Below are positions 40,421 to 50,924 of a stretch of 64,000 bases of DNA, piece after piece; the stretch's first letter is position 1; each line of letters opens with the position of its first letter. Source of the stretch: an uncultured Prolixibacteraceae bacterium (GTDB lineage Bacteria > Bacteroidota > Bacteroidia > Bacteroidales > Prolixibacteraceae). The position numbers were made by a program, and so were the translations under genes. The notes under the pieces were generated by a model. The model ran no database searches. It worked only from the letters and a program-made list of their open reading frames with translations, and was not told where the DNA came from. The DNA is taken from NCBI GenBank assembly GCA_964545315.1, contig CAZJGI010000004.1:11204-75203 (forward strand), written 5' to 3'.

Positions 40421-41439
40421 TGAGACAGGAAAACTATTTCAATATTGAACTTCTTAACCTTTCAGTTGGTTACGAACAACACGGAGGAGCTCCTTTGGAG
40501 ATTTTAAAAAATCTTAATATGTCTGCTGCACCCGGAGAAATGGTGGCTTTAATAGGCAGCAACGGAATAGGGAAAAGTACACTCCTGCGAACATTAGCCG
40601 GCTTTCAACCTTGGTTTGAAGGAGATATAAAAATGGGAGGACGTGGTCTGCATGAGTTGGGACTTAAGGAGAGGGCCCAAATAATAAGCTTTGTATCTAC
40701 TGAAAGCATTAATATCCCTAACATGACGGTATATGACCTGGTCGCCTATGGCAGGTTCCCTTATACTAACTGGATCGGTTCCCTTGCCGTCCCTGATAAA
40801 CGTATAATTGACAGTGCCATAGACATGGTAGGCATTAAAAATCTGGCCGGACGCCCGTTATTACATGTTAGTGACGGTGAAAGACAGAGGGCGATGATTG
40901 CAAGGGCACTTGCCCAGGACACACCTGTCATCATTCTTGATGAACCAACCGCTTACCTGGATGTGAGCAATAAATATGAAATTTTCCATCTGCTTCAAAT
41001 TATGGCTGCAGAAAGAGATAAAACAATAATTCTTTCAACCCATGACCTGAATATTGCTATCAGGGAAGCAGATAAACTGTGGATAATAACTGAAAACCAC
41101 AGTTACCAGGGAGCTCCTGAAGATGCAGCATTAAAAGGATGGTTTGATAAACTTTTTAAAAATGAACATATTGGGTTCGATACAGTTGAAGGAGGGTTCT
41201 TTTTTAAGAAGAAGTTCAGGGCTAAGGTAAAGGTTGTTGGCGAGGGAATTAATATGATATGGACTTTAAAAGCGCTTAACAGAAAAGGTTATCAGATTGT
41301 AATGAAGGCTGATCCCGATTTTGTTGTATCGGTCAGAGATAACTTGTGGGAATATTCAAAAGGTAGTGCAAACAAAAAATTTGAGAATATTTATCAGCTA
41401 ATGGCCTTCCTGGATAAATATGAAATCTTTAAATCATAG
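40417..41439 (+). CDS. ABC importer ATP-binding protein (FecE/BtuD type) with an extra C-terminal domain
   Basis: 340 aa. Walker A GSNGIGKST, signature VSDGERQR and Walker B IILDEPTAYLD. About 85 extra residues follow the ABC domain. ATGA overlap with the permease gene. Confidence 0.9.
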   Translation: MMRQENYFNIELLNLSVGYEQHGGAPLEILKNLNMSAAPGEMVALIGSNGIGKSTLLRTLAGFQPWFEGDIKMGGRGLHELGLKERAQIISFVSTESINIPNMTVYDLVAYGRFPYTNWIGSLAVPDKRIIDSAIDMVGIKNLAGRPLLHVSDGERQRAMIARALAQDTPVIILDEPTAYLDVSNKYEIFHLLQIMAAERDKTIILSTHDLNIAIREADKLWIITENHSYQGAPEDAALKGWFDKLFKNEHIGFDTVEGGFFFKKKFRAKVKVVGEGINMIWTLKALNRKGYQIVMKADPDFVVSVRDNLWEYSKGSANKKFENIYQLMAFLDKYEIFKS

Positions 41440-42498
41440 CCATTTTTTTCTTTTAAAATAGAGTAACATAACTATAGCAATAGCAGCCATAATAATAAGC
41501 ATTATATAGTAACTGTATCGAAAGTGTAATTCCGGAAGATAGTCGAAATTAGTACCATATACCCCTGCTATAAATGTTAACGGGATAAAGATTGAGGCGA
41601 ATATGGTTAAAACCTTCATTACCTCATTAGTGCGGCTTGCAACATTAGAATGGTAAATGTTCAGATAGTCATTTGCCATATTGTAATATATTTCAGTTGC
41701 CTCCAGGGCCTGGGTGGTGAGATCGTTAAGGTCATTGAGAAAATTGAGTGTCTTTTTTTGAATCAGCTTTGATTCTGTCCTGTTAAGGAAAAGCATTATT
41801 TCTTTAAGTGGGAGGACAGCTTTTCGTATAAAGCTAATGTTTGTTTTCAGCTTATATATTTTTCCGAGTGTCTCTTTTTTTGAAAGGTGAAGCACTTCAT
41901 TTTCCAATGATTCCATTGACATACCCAGGTTTTCAATGCTGTGCAAATAACTGTCTACAAGTGTATCAATCAATACGTAAGCAAGATAGTCCGCCCCCAG
42001 TTGCCTGATACGTCCGTGGGTGGTGCGTATCCTTTCACGTACAGGTTCAAAAAAGTGCCTGATCTTTTCCTGAAAAGTAATTACATAATTTTTCCCCAGT
42101 ATTAAGGATACCTGATCCCCGGTGATCCTTCCTGTGTCTTCCCGGTAATCTAAAATTTTAAGAAAAATGGTGAGGTTTTTTTCACTTTCCGATATTTTTG
42201 GCCGCTGATCGGTATTCATTATATCCTCCAATTCAAGAGGCGGTATATCAAAATATTCACCTGCCTCGGAGATCAGCTCTGTATTGTGTAATCCGTAAAT
42301 ATTGATCCATAACACTGTATTATCTGGAATTGCTGATGGTATCTCCTTTAATGTGTCAACCTTTTTTTCCATAACATTGTCTCTGTTATAGATCATAAGA
42401 TGTATTTCAGGAATTTCTGTTTTCTTACTTCCAATAAAAATAAGAGAACCCGGCGCTGTGCCATGTGCTTTAACCCTGCTTTTTAAAAAACGAGCCAT
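41434..42498 (-). CDS. corA: CorA-family divalent cation transporter (GTN variant of the GMN motif)
   Basis: 354 aa. The C-terminal two-TM module is IFASIFIPLTFIAGVYGTNFDYLPEL. The start overlaps the stop of the upstream SLC12-like gene (TAATG). Confidence 0.85.
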   Translation of the reverse strand: MARFLKSRVKAHGTAPGSLIFIGSKKTEIPEIHLMIYNRDNVMEKKVDTLKEIPSAIPDNTVLWINIYGLHNTELISEAGEYFDIPPLELEDIMNTDQRPKISESEKNLTIFLKILDYREDTGRITGDQVSLILGKNYVITFQEKIRHFFEPVRERIRTTHGRIRQLGADYLAYVLIDTLVDSYLHSIENLGMSMESLENEVLHLSKKETLGKIYKLKTNISFIRKAVLPLKEIMLFLNRTESKLIQKKTLNFLNDLNDLTTQALEATEIYYNMANDYLNIYHSNVASRTNEVMKVLTIFASIFIPLTFIAGVYGTNFDYLPELHFRYSYYIMLIIMAAIAIVMLLYFKRKKWL

Positions 42499-44717
42499 TA
42501 GTCAATTATTTTCTGATCTTTTGAATGTACAAAAAGTATAGTACCCAGCTCACAGTATCCTTCAAACAGTTTTGCTTTCTCTTTTTTTAATAATTCTTCA
42601 CGTACACCAATCAGTGTCAAACCTGCATTGACAGAATGATTGCTGATTATGGATTTTGCAGAGACGTCAGGTTTTTGAATAATAAGCCTGATATTTTTAG
42701 GATGGATAGGCAGTCTTCCTGTAATTACCAGATCACGCATTGCCTCCTTTGTCTTTTCAACCTCCTCCGGTCTGCAGATATTAAAAATTTGTATCTGGCC
42801 CTTTTTCCAGTCCGGATGAACCATGATGATAAAGCTGAGAAGGATCATCAGGTTTGAATTTTCAGTATCAAAGGAATTGATCCATACATGGATTCCGTTT
42901 TTGCAATGAATATCTCTATGGCTGCTTGCAAGTATGCAAATGTCAAAGTCGCCTGAATTAACCAATCCGAAGTTATCTATTATTTCATCAAGATTGGTTG
43001 GATTTTCTTTATCGTATTCGAAAAGGACCATGTTGTTTTCCATTCCTGCGATACCCGGTATCTGTATAGCCTGTGCAATAGCTGAGGTATTTGAAGGGGA
43101 GATCAGGGTATCTATGTAAACATGGTTTTCAATGGCACTGACCTGTTCCAGAAGTTTGAGAAGTTCTTTTCTGGCCTGTTTAGCAGAAGTGCTTGAATAA
43201 TATCCTTCAATTTGATGAAGATAGGTACCGAATCCGTATTTGAAGGATATCCAGTTTAAAAGGCGGAAAGCTTTATCACGTTTGAATGAGTCTTTTGAGA
43301 TACAAATAGCACTGGGCCTCCACTCTTTGTCAGCTTTTTTACTTTGTTTTCTCTGTATCAAAACCTGAAGATTGCGATTCAACTGAAAAATTGCATTTTC
43401 AAAAATTGACGCAAAACCTTTTCTGTTTTTATGATAGTGGTCGACATATACATATATAATTATAATTACGGCGAAAGCCAGTAAGGCATAAAGGGTACTT
43501 ATTTTAAACATGATCCAAACGGCAATGATAAATCCGGTAAGTGAGATAAACCATTTAGATTTAAAGGAAGGGCGGTATGAAGGAGAAGATCCGAAATGGT
43601 TTAGAAAAGAGATAAGACAAAGGGACCCGTATGTTACCATAAAGAACATTGAAATAATTGATGCAACAGCATTTACATCACCCAGGGCGACAAATACAAG
43701 TGCGATCAATGAAGTTACGAGAGAGGCATTGGCAGGTTCATTATCCTTTGGTCTGGCTTCAGACAGCCACTTGTTAATTTTCTTTGAAGGGAATGCTTTG
43801 TCCATTGCAAGTGCCTGCAAGGTACGCGGAGCCACCATCACCGACCCTAATGCTGATGATATTGTTGATGCTGCCAGGCCCAGTGGTACGATAATAACTC
43901 CACCAAGGGCAATTCTCGCCATAATAAGCTGATGTTCCAGAAGATCTTCAGCGGGAGCAGATTTGGCCAGTTTATAGACTACAAAAAAGTAGATTATCAT
44001 CCCTGTAAAAGTAGCAAGGGTGGTTCCCAGTGGTATAGATTTGGATGGTTTTGCCAGGTCGCCGGAAAGGCCAACACCTGCAGTCATTCCTGTAAAAGCA
44101 GGGAAAATAATAGCAAAAACAATAAAAAAATCCTGGGGATTACGCAGTTGTGCATTAGCCAGGCTGAATGTCGATACACCGGCATGGCTGGTTTTCCCTA
44201 AAAAGAACATTATGATAGAGATAAACAAAACACCCACTACAACATACAGGGCTTTTACACCCAAATTAGCACCTTTTTTAATAATTAGTGCACCAAGTCC
44301 GATCATCACCGGTATGCTTATAGCTTGTCTTGGCAGGGTGAATTGAAATTTCTCCAGAAGAAAGTTAAATACAAACTCAAATGCTTCAGTAAAAGCAATT
44401 ACATAAAAGGCAACACTTATGGCCTGCGAAAAGTAAAGCGCTATCCCTATTGTTGCACCTATATTCAGGCCAAAAGAACGTGAGATAATAAAGTATTCTC
44501 CTCCTCCTTCAACCCGTTTATTGGTTGCAATTTCAGAAATGGCCAGGGCAGTGGGGATTGTAACAAGATGCCCCAGAATAATGATCAGGATAACTCCCCA
44601 AAAGCCGAGTGTTCCAACAGCATAACCAAAGCGGAGGAAGAGTATGGCACCTAAGATTGTTGATATGGCAGTAAAAAAAACCGGAGCGGTGCCAAATTTT
44701 TTAATTCCGTTTTCCAT
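42498..44717 (-). CDS. APC-superfamily transporter resembling cation:chloride cotransporters (SLC12-like), with a large cytoplasmic C-domain
   Basis: 739 aa. About 12 TM helices of amino-acid-permease type (GTAPVFFTAISTILGAILFLRFGYAVG), then about 300 soluble residues. Confidence 0.75.
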   Translation of the reverse strand: MENGIKKFGTAPVFFTAISTILGAILFLRFGYAVGTLGFWGVILIIILGHLVTIPTALAISEIATNKRVEGGGEYFIISRSFGLNIGATIGIALYFSQAISVAFYVIAFTEAFEFVFNFLLEKFQFTLPRQAISIPVMIGLGALIIKKGANLGVKALYVVVGVLFISIIMFFLGKTSHAGVSTFSLANAQLRNPQDFFIVFAIIFPAFTGMTAGVGLSGDLAKPSKSIPLGTTLATFTGMIIYFFVVYKLAKSAPAEDLLEHQLIMARIALGGVIIVPLGLAASTISSALGSVMVAPRTLQALAMDKAFPSKKINKWLSEARPKDNEPANASLVTSLIALVFVALGDVNAVASIISMFFMVTYGSLCLISFLNHFGSSPSYRPSFKSKWFISLTGFIIAVWIMFKISTLYALLAFAVIIIIYVYVDHYHKNRKGFASIFENAIFQLNRNLQVLIQRKQSKKADKEWRPSAICISKDSFKRDKAFRLLNWISFKYGFGTYLHQIEGYYSSTSAKQARKELLKLLEQVSAIENHVYIDTLISPSNTSAIAQAIQIPGIAGMENNMVLFEYDKENPTNLDEIIDNFGLVNSGDFDICILASSHRDIHCKNGIHVWINSFDTENSNLMILLSFIIMVHPDWKKGQIQIFNICRPEEVEKTKEAMRDLVITGRLPIHPKNIRLIIQKPDVSAKSIISNHSVNAGLTLIGVREELLKKEKAKLFEGYCELGTILFVHSKDQKIID

Positions 44718-44788
44718 CTGATAAAATTGAATTAAGGCGTAATATAGGAAATATTAAAGTTATTTGTTAAACTAAATAAACCATTTCA

Positions 44789-46051
44789 TTAATTGCCAAA
44801 GTCATCAAACAATATATTTTCATTGGGAACCCCAAGATCGTAAAGCATTTTTTGTACCGCATCATTCATCAGTGGTGGACCGCACAGGTAATAATTTATC
44901 TCCTCAGGTTCTTCGTGTTTGTGAAGATATTCATCGTATATCACCTGATGGATAAATCCGGTTGGTCCTTCCCATTTATCTTCGGGTTGAGGTTCAGAAA
45001 GCGCCAGCGTAAATTTAAAATTATTGAAATTTTTCTCAATATTCCTGAACTCATCGTAATAGAATACCTCTTTCCATGAACGGGCACCATACCAGAAAGT
45101 GACTTTTTTGTTTTGTTCTTTTAAAGTGTAGAACAGGTGGAAAAGATGTGAACGCATCGGGGCCATTCCTGCACCTCCTCCGATAAACATCATTTCATTG
45201 TCATTATCCTTTAAGAAGAATTCACCATAGGGGCCTGAGATTGACACCTTATCCCCCGGTTTCCTTGAGAAAATATAGGATGAACAAATACCCGGGTTTA
45301 CTTTTTTAAAACTGTTATTGGCTTTGTCCCAGGGTGGGGTGGCAATTCTGATATTGAGCATTATGATGTTGCCCTCTGCCGGGTGGTTAGCCATAGAGTA
45401 GGCACGGTATGTGGGTTCCGGATTCTTCATCTTCAGGTCAAACATTTTGAATTTGTCCCACTCCTCCCTGAATTTTTCCTCTACCGAAATATCATTATAG
45501 TCTACCTCTATTTTAGGCACATCAATTTGTATATAACCCCCTGATTTAAAGTTAAGTTTTTCTCCTTCGGGTAATTTAACGACAAATTCTTTTATGTAGG
45601 TTGCAACATTTCTGTTTGAGACTACTTCACATTCCCATTTTTTGATGCCCAGCACTTCCTGCGGTATTGTGATACTGAGGTCTTCTTTCACTTTAACCTG
45701 ACAGGCGAGCCGCCATTTGTCATATTGTTCCTTTCTGGTAAAGAAATCGGTTTCCGTGGGTAGTATCGACCCTCCTCCCTCAACTATTCTGCAACGGCAC
45801 ATGCCACAAGTTCCACCCCCTCCGCAGGCGGAAGGAAGAAATATTTTGTTGTTACTGAGGGTTGATAATAAAGTATTCCCCGGTTCAGTTTCAATTTTTC
45901 GCTCACCATCGTTAATGTCTATATTGACCTTGCCTGAAGGGGTAAGTTTTTTCTTAACATAGAGCAAAATTGCTACCAGTAGTAGGATGACTCCCAGGAA
46001 AACTACCACACTGGCAATAACGACGGTTGTTTGTATTGAAAGCAATAGCAT
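44789..46051 (-). CDS. nqrF: Na+-translocating NADH:quinone reductase subunit F
   Basis: 420 aa. N-terminal TM helix, a 2Fe-2S ferredoxin motif (CGGGGTCGMCRC), FAD (RAYSMAN) and NADH (GGGAGMAPMRS) binding motifs. Confidence 0.95.
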   Translation of the reverse strand: MLLLSIQTTVVIASVVVFLGVILLLVAILLYVKKKLTPSGKVNIDINDGERKIETEPGNTLLSTLSNNKIFLPSACGGGGTCGMCRCRIVEGGGSILPTETDFFTRKEQYDKWRLACQVKVKEDLSITIPQEVLGIKKWECEVVSNRNVATYIKEFVVKLPEGEKLNFKSGGYIQIDVPKIEVDYNDISVEEKFREEWDKFKMFDLKMKNPEPTYRAYSMANHPAEGNIIMLNIRIATPPWDKANNSFKKVNPGICSSYIFSRKPGDKVSISGPYGEFFLKDNDNEMMFIGGGAGMAPMRSHLFHLFYTLKEQNKKVTFWYGARSWKEVFYYDEFRNIEKNFNNFKFTLALSEPQPEDKWEGPTGFIHQVIYDEYLHKHEEPEEINYYLCGPPLMNDAVQKMLYDLGVPNENILFDDFGN

Positions 46052-46069
46052 CGAAATGATATTTATATT

Positions 46070-46687
46070 TTACAATTTTATTCCCATAAAGCCCATGAAG
46101 GCAAGCCCCATTAACCCTGTAATGATAAAGGTAATGCCCAATCCCCTAAGAGGGGCAGGCACATTGGAATATTTAATTTTCTCCCTGATGGCTGCAATAC
46201 CTATAATAGCTAAAAACCAGCCTATGCCTGATCCAAGGCCATAAACAGCAGCTTCACCTATATTTAAAAATTCTTTTTGTTGCATGAATAGTGAACCTCC
46301 CAGGATTGCGCAGTTGACAGCTATCAAGGGAAGAAAAATGCCGAGCTGTGTATACAGGACAGGGGCAAATTTTTCAACAACCATCTCCACCAGTTGAACC
46401 ATTGAGGCAATGACCGCTATAAACATAATAAATGACAAAAAGCTGAGATCAACCTGTGCTAACGAGGGACTGATCCATGCCAGGGCACCTGCCTTTAATA
46501 CATAATTTTCAAGGAGATAATCTACAGGGACAGTTATCCCCAGGACGAAAATTACTGCTACACCTAAACCGGTTGCTGTTTTGACTGTCTTGGAGACAGC
46601 CAGATAAGAACACATGCCTAAGAAGTAGGCAAATACCATGTTCTCAATGAATATTGATTTAATGAATATATTAATTAAGTTCTCCAT
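46070..46687 (-). CDS. nqrE: Na+-translocating NADH:quinone reductase subunit E
   Basis: 205 aa polytopic protein. The NqrE/RnfA-like sequence [20 protein letters not shown], and its operon position. Confidence 0.93.
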   Translation of the reverse strand: MENLINIFIKSIFIENMVFAYFLGMCSYLAVSKTVKTATGLGVAVIFVLGITVPVDYLLENYVLKAGALAWISPSLAQVDLSFLSFIMFIAVIASMVQLVEMVVEKFAPVLYTQLGIFLPLIAVNCAILGGSLFMQQKEFLNIGEAAVYGLGSGIGWFLAIIGIAAIREKIKYSNVPAPLRGLGITFIITGLMGLAFMGFMGIKL

Positions 46688-46705
46688 ATCGCATCAGTTT
46701 ATCTT

Positions 46706-47350
46706 TTATTTCTCTGTTAAATGTTTAAACCAGCTGCGCTGGACCCATATGATTAATCCAACTACAATAAGCGCCATCGGAGGTAGTATCATCATTCCGT
46801 TGTTTTCATAGAATCCGCCGTTAGCAATATACCAGCTCTCAGGAAGTATTTTATATCCGTATATTGAACCTGAACCAAACAGTTCACGAACAAATCCTAC
46901 TATAATTAATATTAATGCATATCCTGCCCCGTTGCCAATACCATCGAGAAAAGATTGCCATGGTTTATTACCCAGGGCAAAAGCTTCAAGCCTGCCCATA
47001 AGAATACAATTTGTAATTATAAGACCTACGAATACAGAAAGTTGTTTGCTTACATCATAAACATATGCTTTCAAAATCTGATCAACCAGTATTACAAGTG
47101 ATGCAATTACCACAAGCTGCACAATTATCCGTATCCGGTTGGGTATTGTATTTCGCAGAAGTGAAATTATCACATTTGAAAATGCCAGCACAGCAATGAC
47201 AGATATTGACATGACCAGTGCAGGCTTGAGTTGTGCAGTTACTGCCAGGGCGGAACAAATACCCAGTACCTGTATAGTAATCGGATTACTGGTGTTCAAA
47301 GGTTCAGTAAGCAGTTTTAGATTTTTACCTGAAAATAACGGATCACTCAT
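46706..47350 (-). CDS. nqrD: Na+-translocating NADH:quinone reductase subunit D
   Basis: 214 aa. The NqrD/RnfE-like sequence [17 protein letters not shown], and its operon position. Confidence 0.93.
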   Translation of the reverse strand: MSDPLFSGKNLKLLTEPLNTSNPITIQVLGICSALAVTAQLKPALVMSISVIAVLAFSNVIISLLRNTIPNRIRIIVQLVVIASLVILVDQILKAYVYDVSKQLSVFVGLIITNCILMGRLEAFALGNKPWQSFLDGIGNGAGYALILIIVGFVRELFGSGSIYGYKILPESWYIANGGFYENNGMMILPPMALIVVGLIIWVQRSWFKHLTEK

Positions 47351-47353
47351 TGT

Positions 47354-48055
47354 CTAAGATTTTTTTCTGATTAAAAATTCTTTATAACTGTTGAAATCGT
47401 CGAGTAACATTTTTTCGAGTCCTTTACTGGTAATAGTACCTCCTGAAATTCCGTCAACACTGTGCACTTGATCAGCTGTCTGACCGCTCTTCTTCACAAT
47501 AACGGAAATAAGGTTACCTGACTGGTCGAACAGTTTTTTTCCTTTGAATTCACTTTGGAATGCAGTGGTTGAAATTTCCGCTCCCAATCCCGGGGTCTCC
47601 CCCTGATGGTCAAATGTTGCACCGTAAATTGTATTCATGTCGCTGTCGAGTGAAACATAACCCCATATAGGGCCCCACAGTCCTGCGCCGCGAAGAGGGA
47701 ATATATATTTCAGTCCGCTTTCCGTGTTGCATTCAAACACAGGAAGAAGTTGCTCATCATCGGGTTTCGCCCTCTCTTTTTTCAGGTCTATATAAAATGC
47801 ATCCTCTCCTTCTACGATCTCCCCTTTGTAATTCACCACATATTGCTTTTGTATTTTTTCTTCATAAAGCTTTTCTGCATCTTCTGCAGTGCTTTCAATA
47901 TTAACCGATGCCAGGATGTTCTGTTTTTTCTCAATTTCAGCATTTCTGGTTTGGCGTGGTTTTAAAGCCATAGAAACCGAAGCCAGTAATGCAGCAACAA
48001 ATATTACCATTATTGCCGCATAGATAAATGTATATATATTACCGTTTCTGTCCAT
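47354..48055 (-). CDS. nqrC: Na+-translocating NADH:quinone reductase subunit C (FMN-binding)
   Basis: ATG at 48055 gives MDRNGNIYTFIYAAIMVIFVAALL (the track maximum at 48070 is TTG). Flavinylation site context VDGISGGTITS. Confidence 0.9.
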   Translation of the reverse strand: MDRNGNIYTFIYAAIMVIFVAALLASVSMALKPRQTRNAEIEKKQNILASVNIESTAEDAEKLYEEKIQKQYVVNYKGEIVEGEDAFYIDLKKERAKPDDEQLLPVFECNTESGLKYIFPLRGAGLWGPIWGYVSLDSDMNTIYGATFDHQGETPGLGAEISTTAFQSEFKGKKLFDQSGNLISVIVKKSGQTADQVHSVDGISGGTITSKGLEKMLLDDFNSYKEFLIRKKS

Positions 48056-48070
48056 GATCTCTTTTTTCAA

Positions 48071-49231
48071 TTATACTGAAACATTCAATTTTTTGATGCG
48101 TCGTTTTATATGTCCCTGTACCACATAGTAATCTATCGTTGGAGCGAAGGTGTTCATAATAAGTATTGCAAGCATCATGCCTTCAGGGTAAGCAGGATTA
48201 AGCACCCTGATGAGAATAGCAAGGATTCCGATTAGTAATCCGTATATCCATTTGCCTTTTTCAGTCTGGGCAGCGGAAACGGGGTCGGTTGTCATAAACA
48301 CAGCTCCGAAAGCAAATCCTCCAATGATAAGGTGCTGCCAAAAAGGGAGAGCCATGAAAACATTGTCACCGGCGAAAATATTAAGAATTAATCCCATAAT
48401 TAATCCACCTGCAACAGTTGACACCATTATCTTCCAGCTTCCGATACCGGTTATAAGCAATAAAATTGCTCCAAGTAAAATAGCAAGAGTTGATGTTTCT
48501 CCTATTGAGCCGGGAATGAATCCAAAAAACGCATCCGAAACACTAAAATTGATATTACCTGCAGCTGCATCGGCCATTGGTGTTGCCCCGGTAAAGCTGT
48601 CTATCACTTTATCATTTTTCCCAAGGGCTACCCATACAGAGTTTCCTGATATTTGAGCGGGATACGCAAAAAACAGAAACGCACGGGCCAGTAAGGCCGG
48701 ATTCCAAATATTCATACCTGTACCGCCAAAAACCTCTTTTCCGAAGATCACGGCAAATGCAGTTGAAACAGCAATCATCCAGAGAGGGGTTTCAACAGGC
48801 ATGATCAACGGAATGAGCATTCCGGAGACGAGAAACCCTTCATTGATCTCATGGCCTCGTATCTGCGCAAATATAAATTCAATACCTAATCCGGTTACAT
48901 AAGAAACAATGACTATTGGCAATACCTTTAGGAGGCCATAAAAAAACACCTCAAAAAAACCTGCAGATTCAAGCTCTCCTATTGCCCTGAAGTGCTGGAA
49001 TCCCGTATTGTACATCCCAAAAAGAAGTGCCGGAATAAGTGCAATCACAACCACTGTCATTGTCCTTTTAAGGTCGATATAGTCGTGGATATGAGTGCCT
49101 GATCCGGAAGTTGTTTTTGGAACAAACAAAAAAGTAAAAAAACCACCGTGAAGCGAGTTAAGCCAATGATACCTGGCTCCCTTTTGCACGTATGGCTCTG
49201 TTCTTTCAAAAAATTTCCTTAAAAATTCCAT
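48071..49231 (-). CDS. nqrB: Na+-translocating NADH:quinone reductase subunit B
   Basis: 386 aa polytopic protein. NqrB/RnfD family. Flavinylation context SFTGATPM. Confidence 0.95.
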   Translation of the reverse strand: MEFLRKFFERTEPYVQKGARYHWLNSLHGGFFTFLFVPKTTSGSGTHIHDYIDLKRTMTVVVIALIPALLFGMYNTGFQHFRAIGELESAGFFEVFFYGLLKVLPIVIVSYVTGLGIEFIFAQIRGHEINEGFLVSGMLIPLIMPVETPLWMIAVSTAFAVIFGKEVFGGTGMNIWNPALLARAFLFFAYPAQISGNSVWVALGKNDKVIDSFTGATPMADAAAGNINFSVSDAFFGFIPGSIGETSTLAILLGAILLLITGIGSWKIMVSTVAGGLIMGLILNIFAGDNVFMALPFWQHLIIGGFAFGAVFMTTDPVSAAQTEKGKWIYGLLIGILAILIRVLNPAYPEGMMLAILIMNTFAPTIDYYVVQGHIKRRIKKLNVSV

Positions 49232-49263
49232 CCTTGTATTAAATGATTGAATTAAGTTTTAAT

Positions 49264-50610
49264 TTAACCGAGTTCTTTGATCATCATATTAATCCCTTTC
49301 CGGACTATATCCTGGACTTTGATCTTGGACGCGCATACATATTCGCAAAGCGCAAGGTCTTCCTCAATAATTTCATATATTCCTAACTGTTCCATCTTAT
49401 CGATATCATCAGCCAGAATAGCTTTCAATAAAAATACCGGTAAGATATCCATCGGCACCACTTTTCTATATTGGTCTGTAAGGACAAAAGCACGTTCTCC
49501 TCCATGCATGTTGGCATTGAGTTCATAACTTTTTTGCGGGAATAGCTTTGAAAAGAAAGTTTTGGAGGCACTGAACTTATTGAGGCCGGGAGTAGCCCAA
49601 CCCAGTAATTCGTAATTATCACCCTCAGGTATCACAGTTATCTGTGTATCAAAAAATCCCAGATAAGATTCAGGTTGTACCTGCTTGCCGGTAAGCACAT
49701 TGCCTGAAATAATACGTTGATGGTAATCTGCCTTTTTTAGTCTTCCCTTTGTCATGAATGAGACAGGTGCACCAACGACAGTTTTATAATATTGCGGATC
49801 TGCTGCTTCTGATCCGGTAAAGGCTATTGTCCTTGTAAAATCAACATGGCCGGTTTCGAAAAGCCTGCCGATAAATATTACATCCTGTACATTTATTGTC
49901 CAGACAACATCTCCTTTGAAAAGAGGTGATATGTGGTGTATTTGCACTCCTGCATTACCTGAAGGGTGCGGGCCTGAGAAATATTTTATTTCTGCATTGC
50001 CGATACCTGTAAATATTGAATTCTCATTAACACCAATAAAGATTTTTCCTTCTGTTAGCTTTGATAATGCATTAACACCAGTCTGAAATGTCTTAAGCTG
50101 GTCTTTCATGATGTAATTATAATCAGGAGCAAGGGGTGCAGTATCAAAGGAAGAGATAAAAACAGCACGGGGCTTCTCATCCGGATTTGCAATTATCCCA
50201 TATGGCCTGCGCTTCAGGAATGGCCATAAACCGCTTTTCAGAAGAACAGTCTTTATCTCATCTCTGCCAAGTGAAAGCGGATCTGCCTGTATAAATTGTG
50301 CAGAACCACTCTCTTTGTCTGTCTTAATAACTACTTCCAGAATTTTTCTTCGTTCACCCCTTTTTACTGTGGCTACTTTTCCTCCCAATGGGACAGTAAA
50401 CAAAACTTCCGGATGGTATTTGTCGAAAAACAGTGCATCCCCGGTCTTGACCATATCCCCGGCCTTAACAATTAATTTAGGATTTAGTCCATGAAAATCA
50501 GTGGGTTTGACAGCTACAAACGGAGGTGGTTCAAGAGTATCTGTCCTGAGGGCAGCTTCCCCTTTTATCTTAATGTTGAACCCTTTCTTTAACTTAATAA
50601 ATTCTGACAT
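49264..50610 (-). CDS. nqrA: Na+-translocating NADH:quinone reductase subunit A
   Basis: ATG at 50610 gives MSEFIKLKKGFNIKIKGEA (the track maximum at 50619 is TTG). About 448 aa, soluble, first gene of the operon. Confidence 0.92.
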   Translation of the reverse strand: MSEFIKLKKGFNIKIKGEAALRTDTLEPPPFVAVKPTDFHGLNPKLIVKAGDMVKTGDALFFDKYHPEVLFTVPLGGKVATVKRGERRKILEVVIKTDKESGSAQFIQADPLSLGRDEIKTVLLKSGLWPFLKRRPYGIIANPDEKPRAVFISSFDTAPLAPDYNYIMKDQLKTFQTGVNALSKLTEGKIFIGVNENSIFTGIGNAEIKYFSGPHPSGNAGVQIHHISPLFKGDVVWTINVQDVIFIGRLFETGHVDFTRTIAFTGSEAADPQYYKTVVGAPVSFMTKGRLKKADYHQRIISGNVLTGKQVQPESYLGFFDTQITVIPEGDNYELLGWATPGLNKFSASKTFFSKLFPQKSYELNANMHGGERAFVLTDQYRKVVPMDILPVFLLKAILADDIDKMEQLGIYEIIEEDLALCEYVCASKIKVQDIVRKGINMMIKELG

Positions 50611-50643
50611 ATTGATCAACCATAGTATTGTTTATCAGGTTGG

Positions 50644-50651
50644 CAAATGTA
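50644..50651 (-). promoter_or_regulatory. Candidate -7 promoter box (TACATTTG) for the nqr operon
   Basis: The minus strand reads TACATTTG, 34 nt upstream of the ATG at 50610. Confidence 0.35.
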
Positions 50652-50924
50652 AATAATTAATTGCCTTTCCGCAATCTTTATGCTTAATTTTTCAAATAAT
50701 CGAAATATACAAACAAGTTAATATGTTAATTCTTGCCGATAAAGAGTGGGCTGCAACTTTTAGACAAATTATGTAAATTTATTTAATTGAATTTTAATCA
50801 GTTAAAAAGTTAAAATATTTTGTCCCTAAAATATTTCATTTTTAAAGCGATCCCAATTTTTATTTCTTATACTTTCGTCTCTGGTATGGAATTTGCCTTC
50901 CGTTTATATTGAAAAGTTTGCCTT

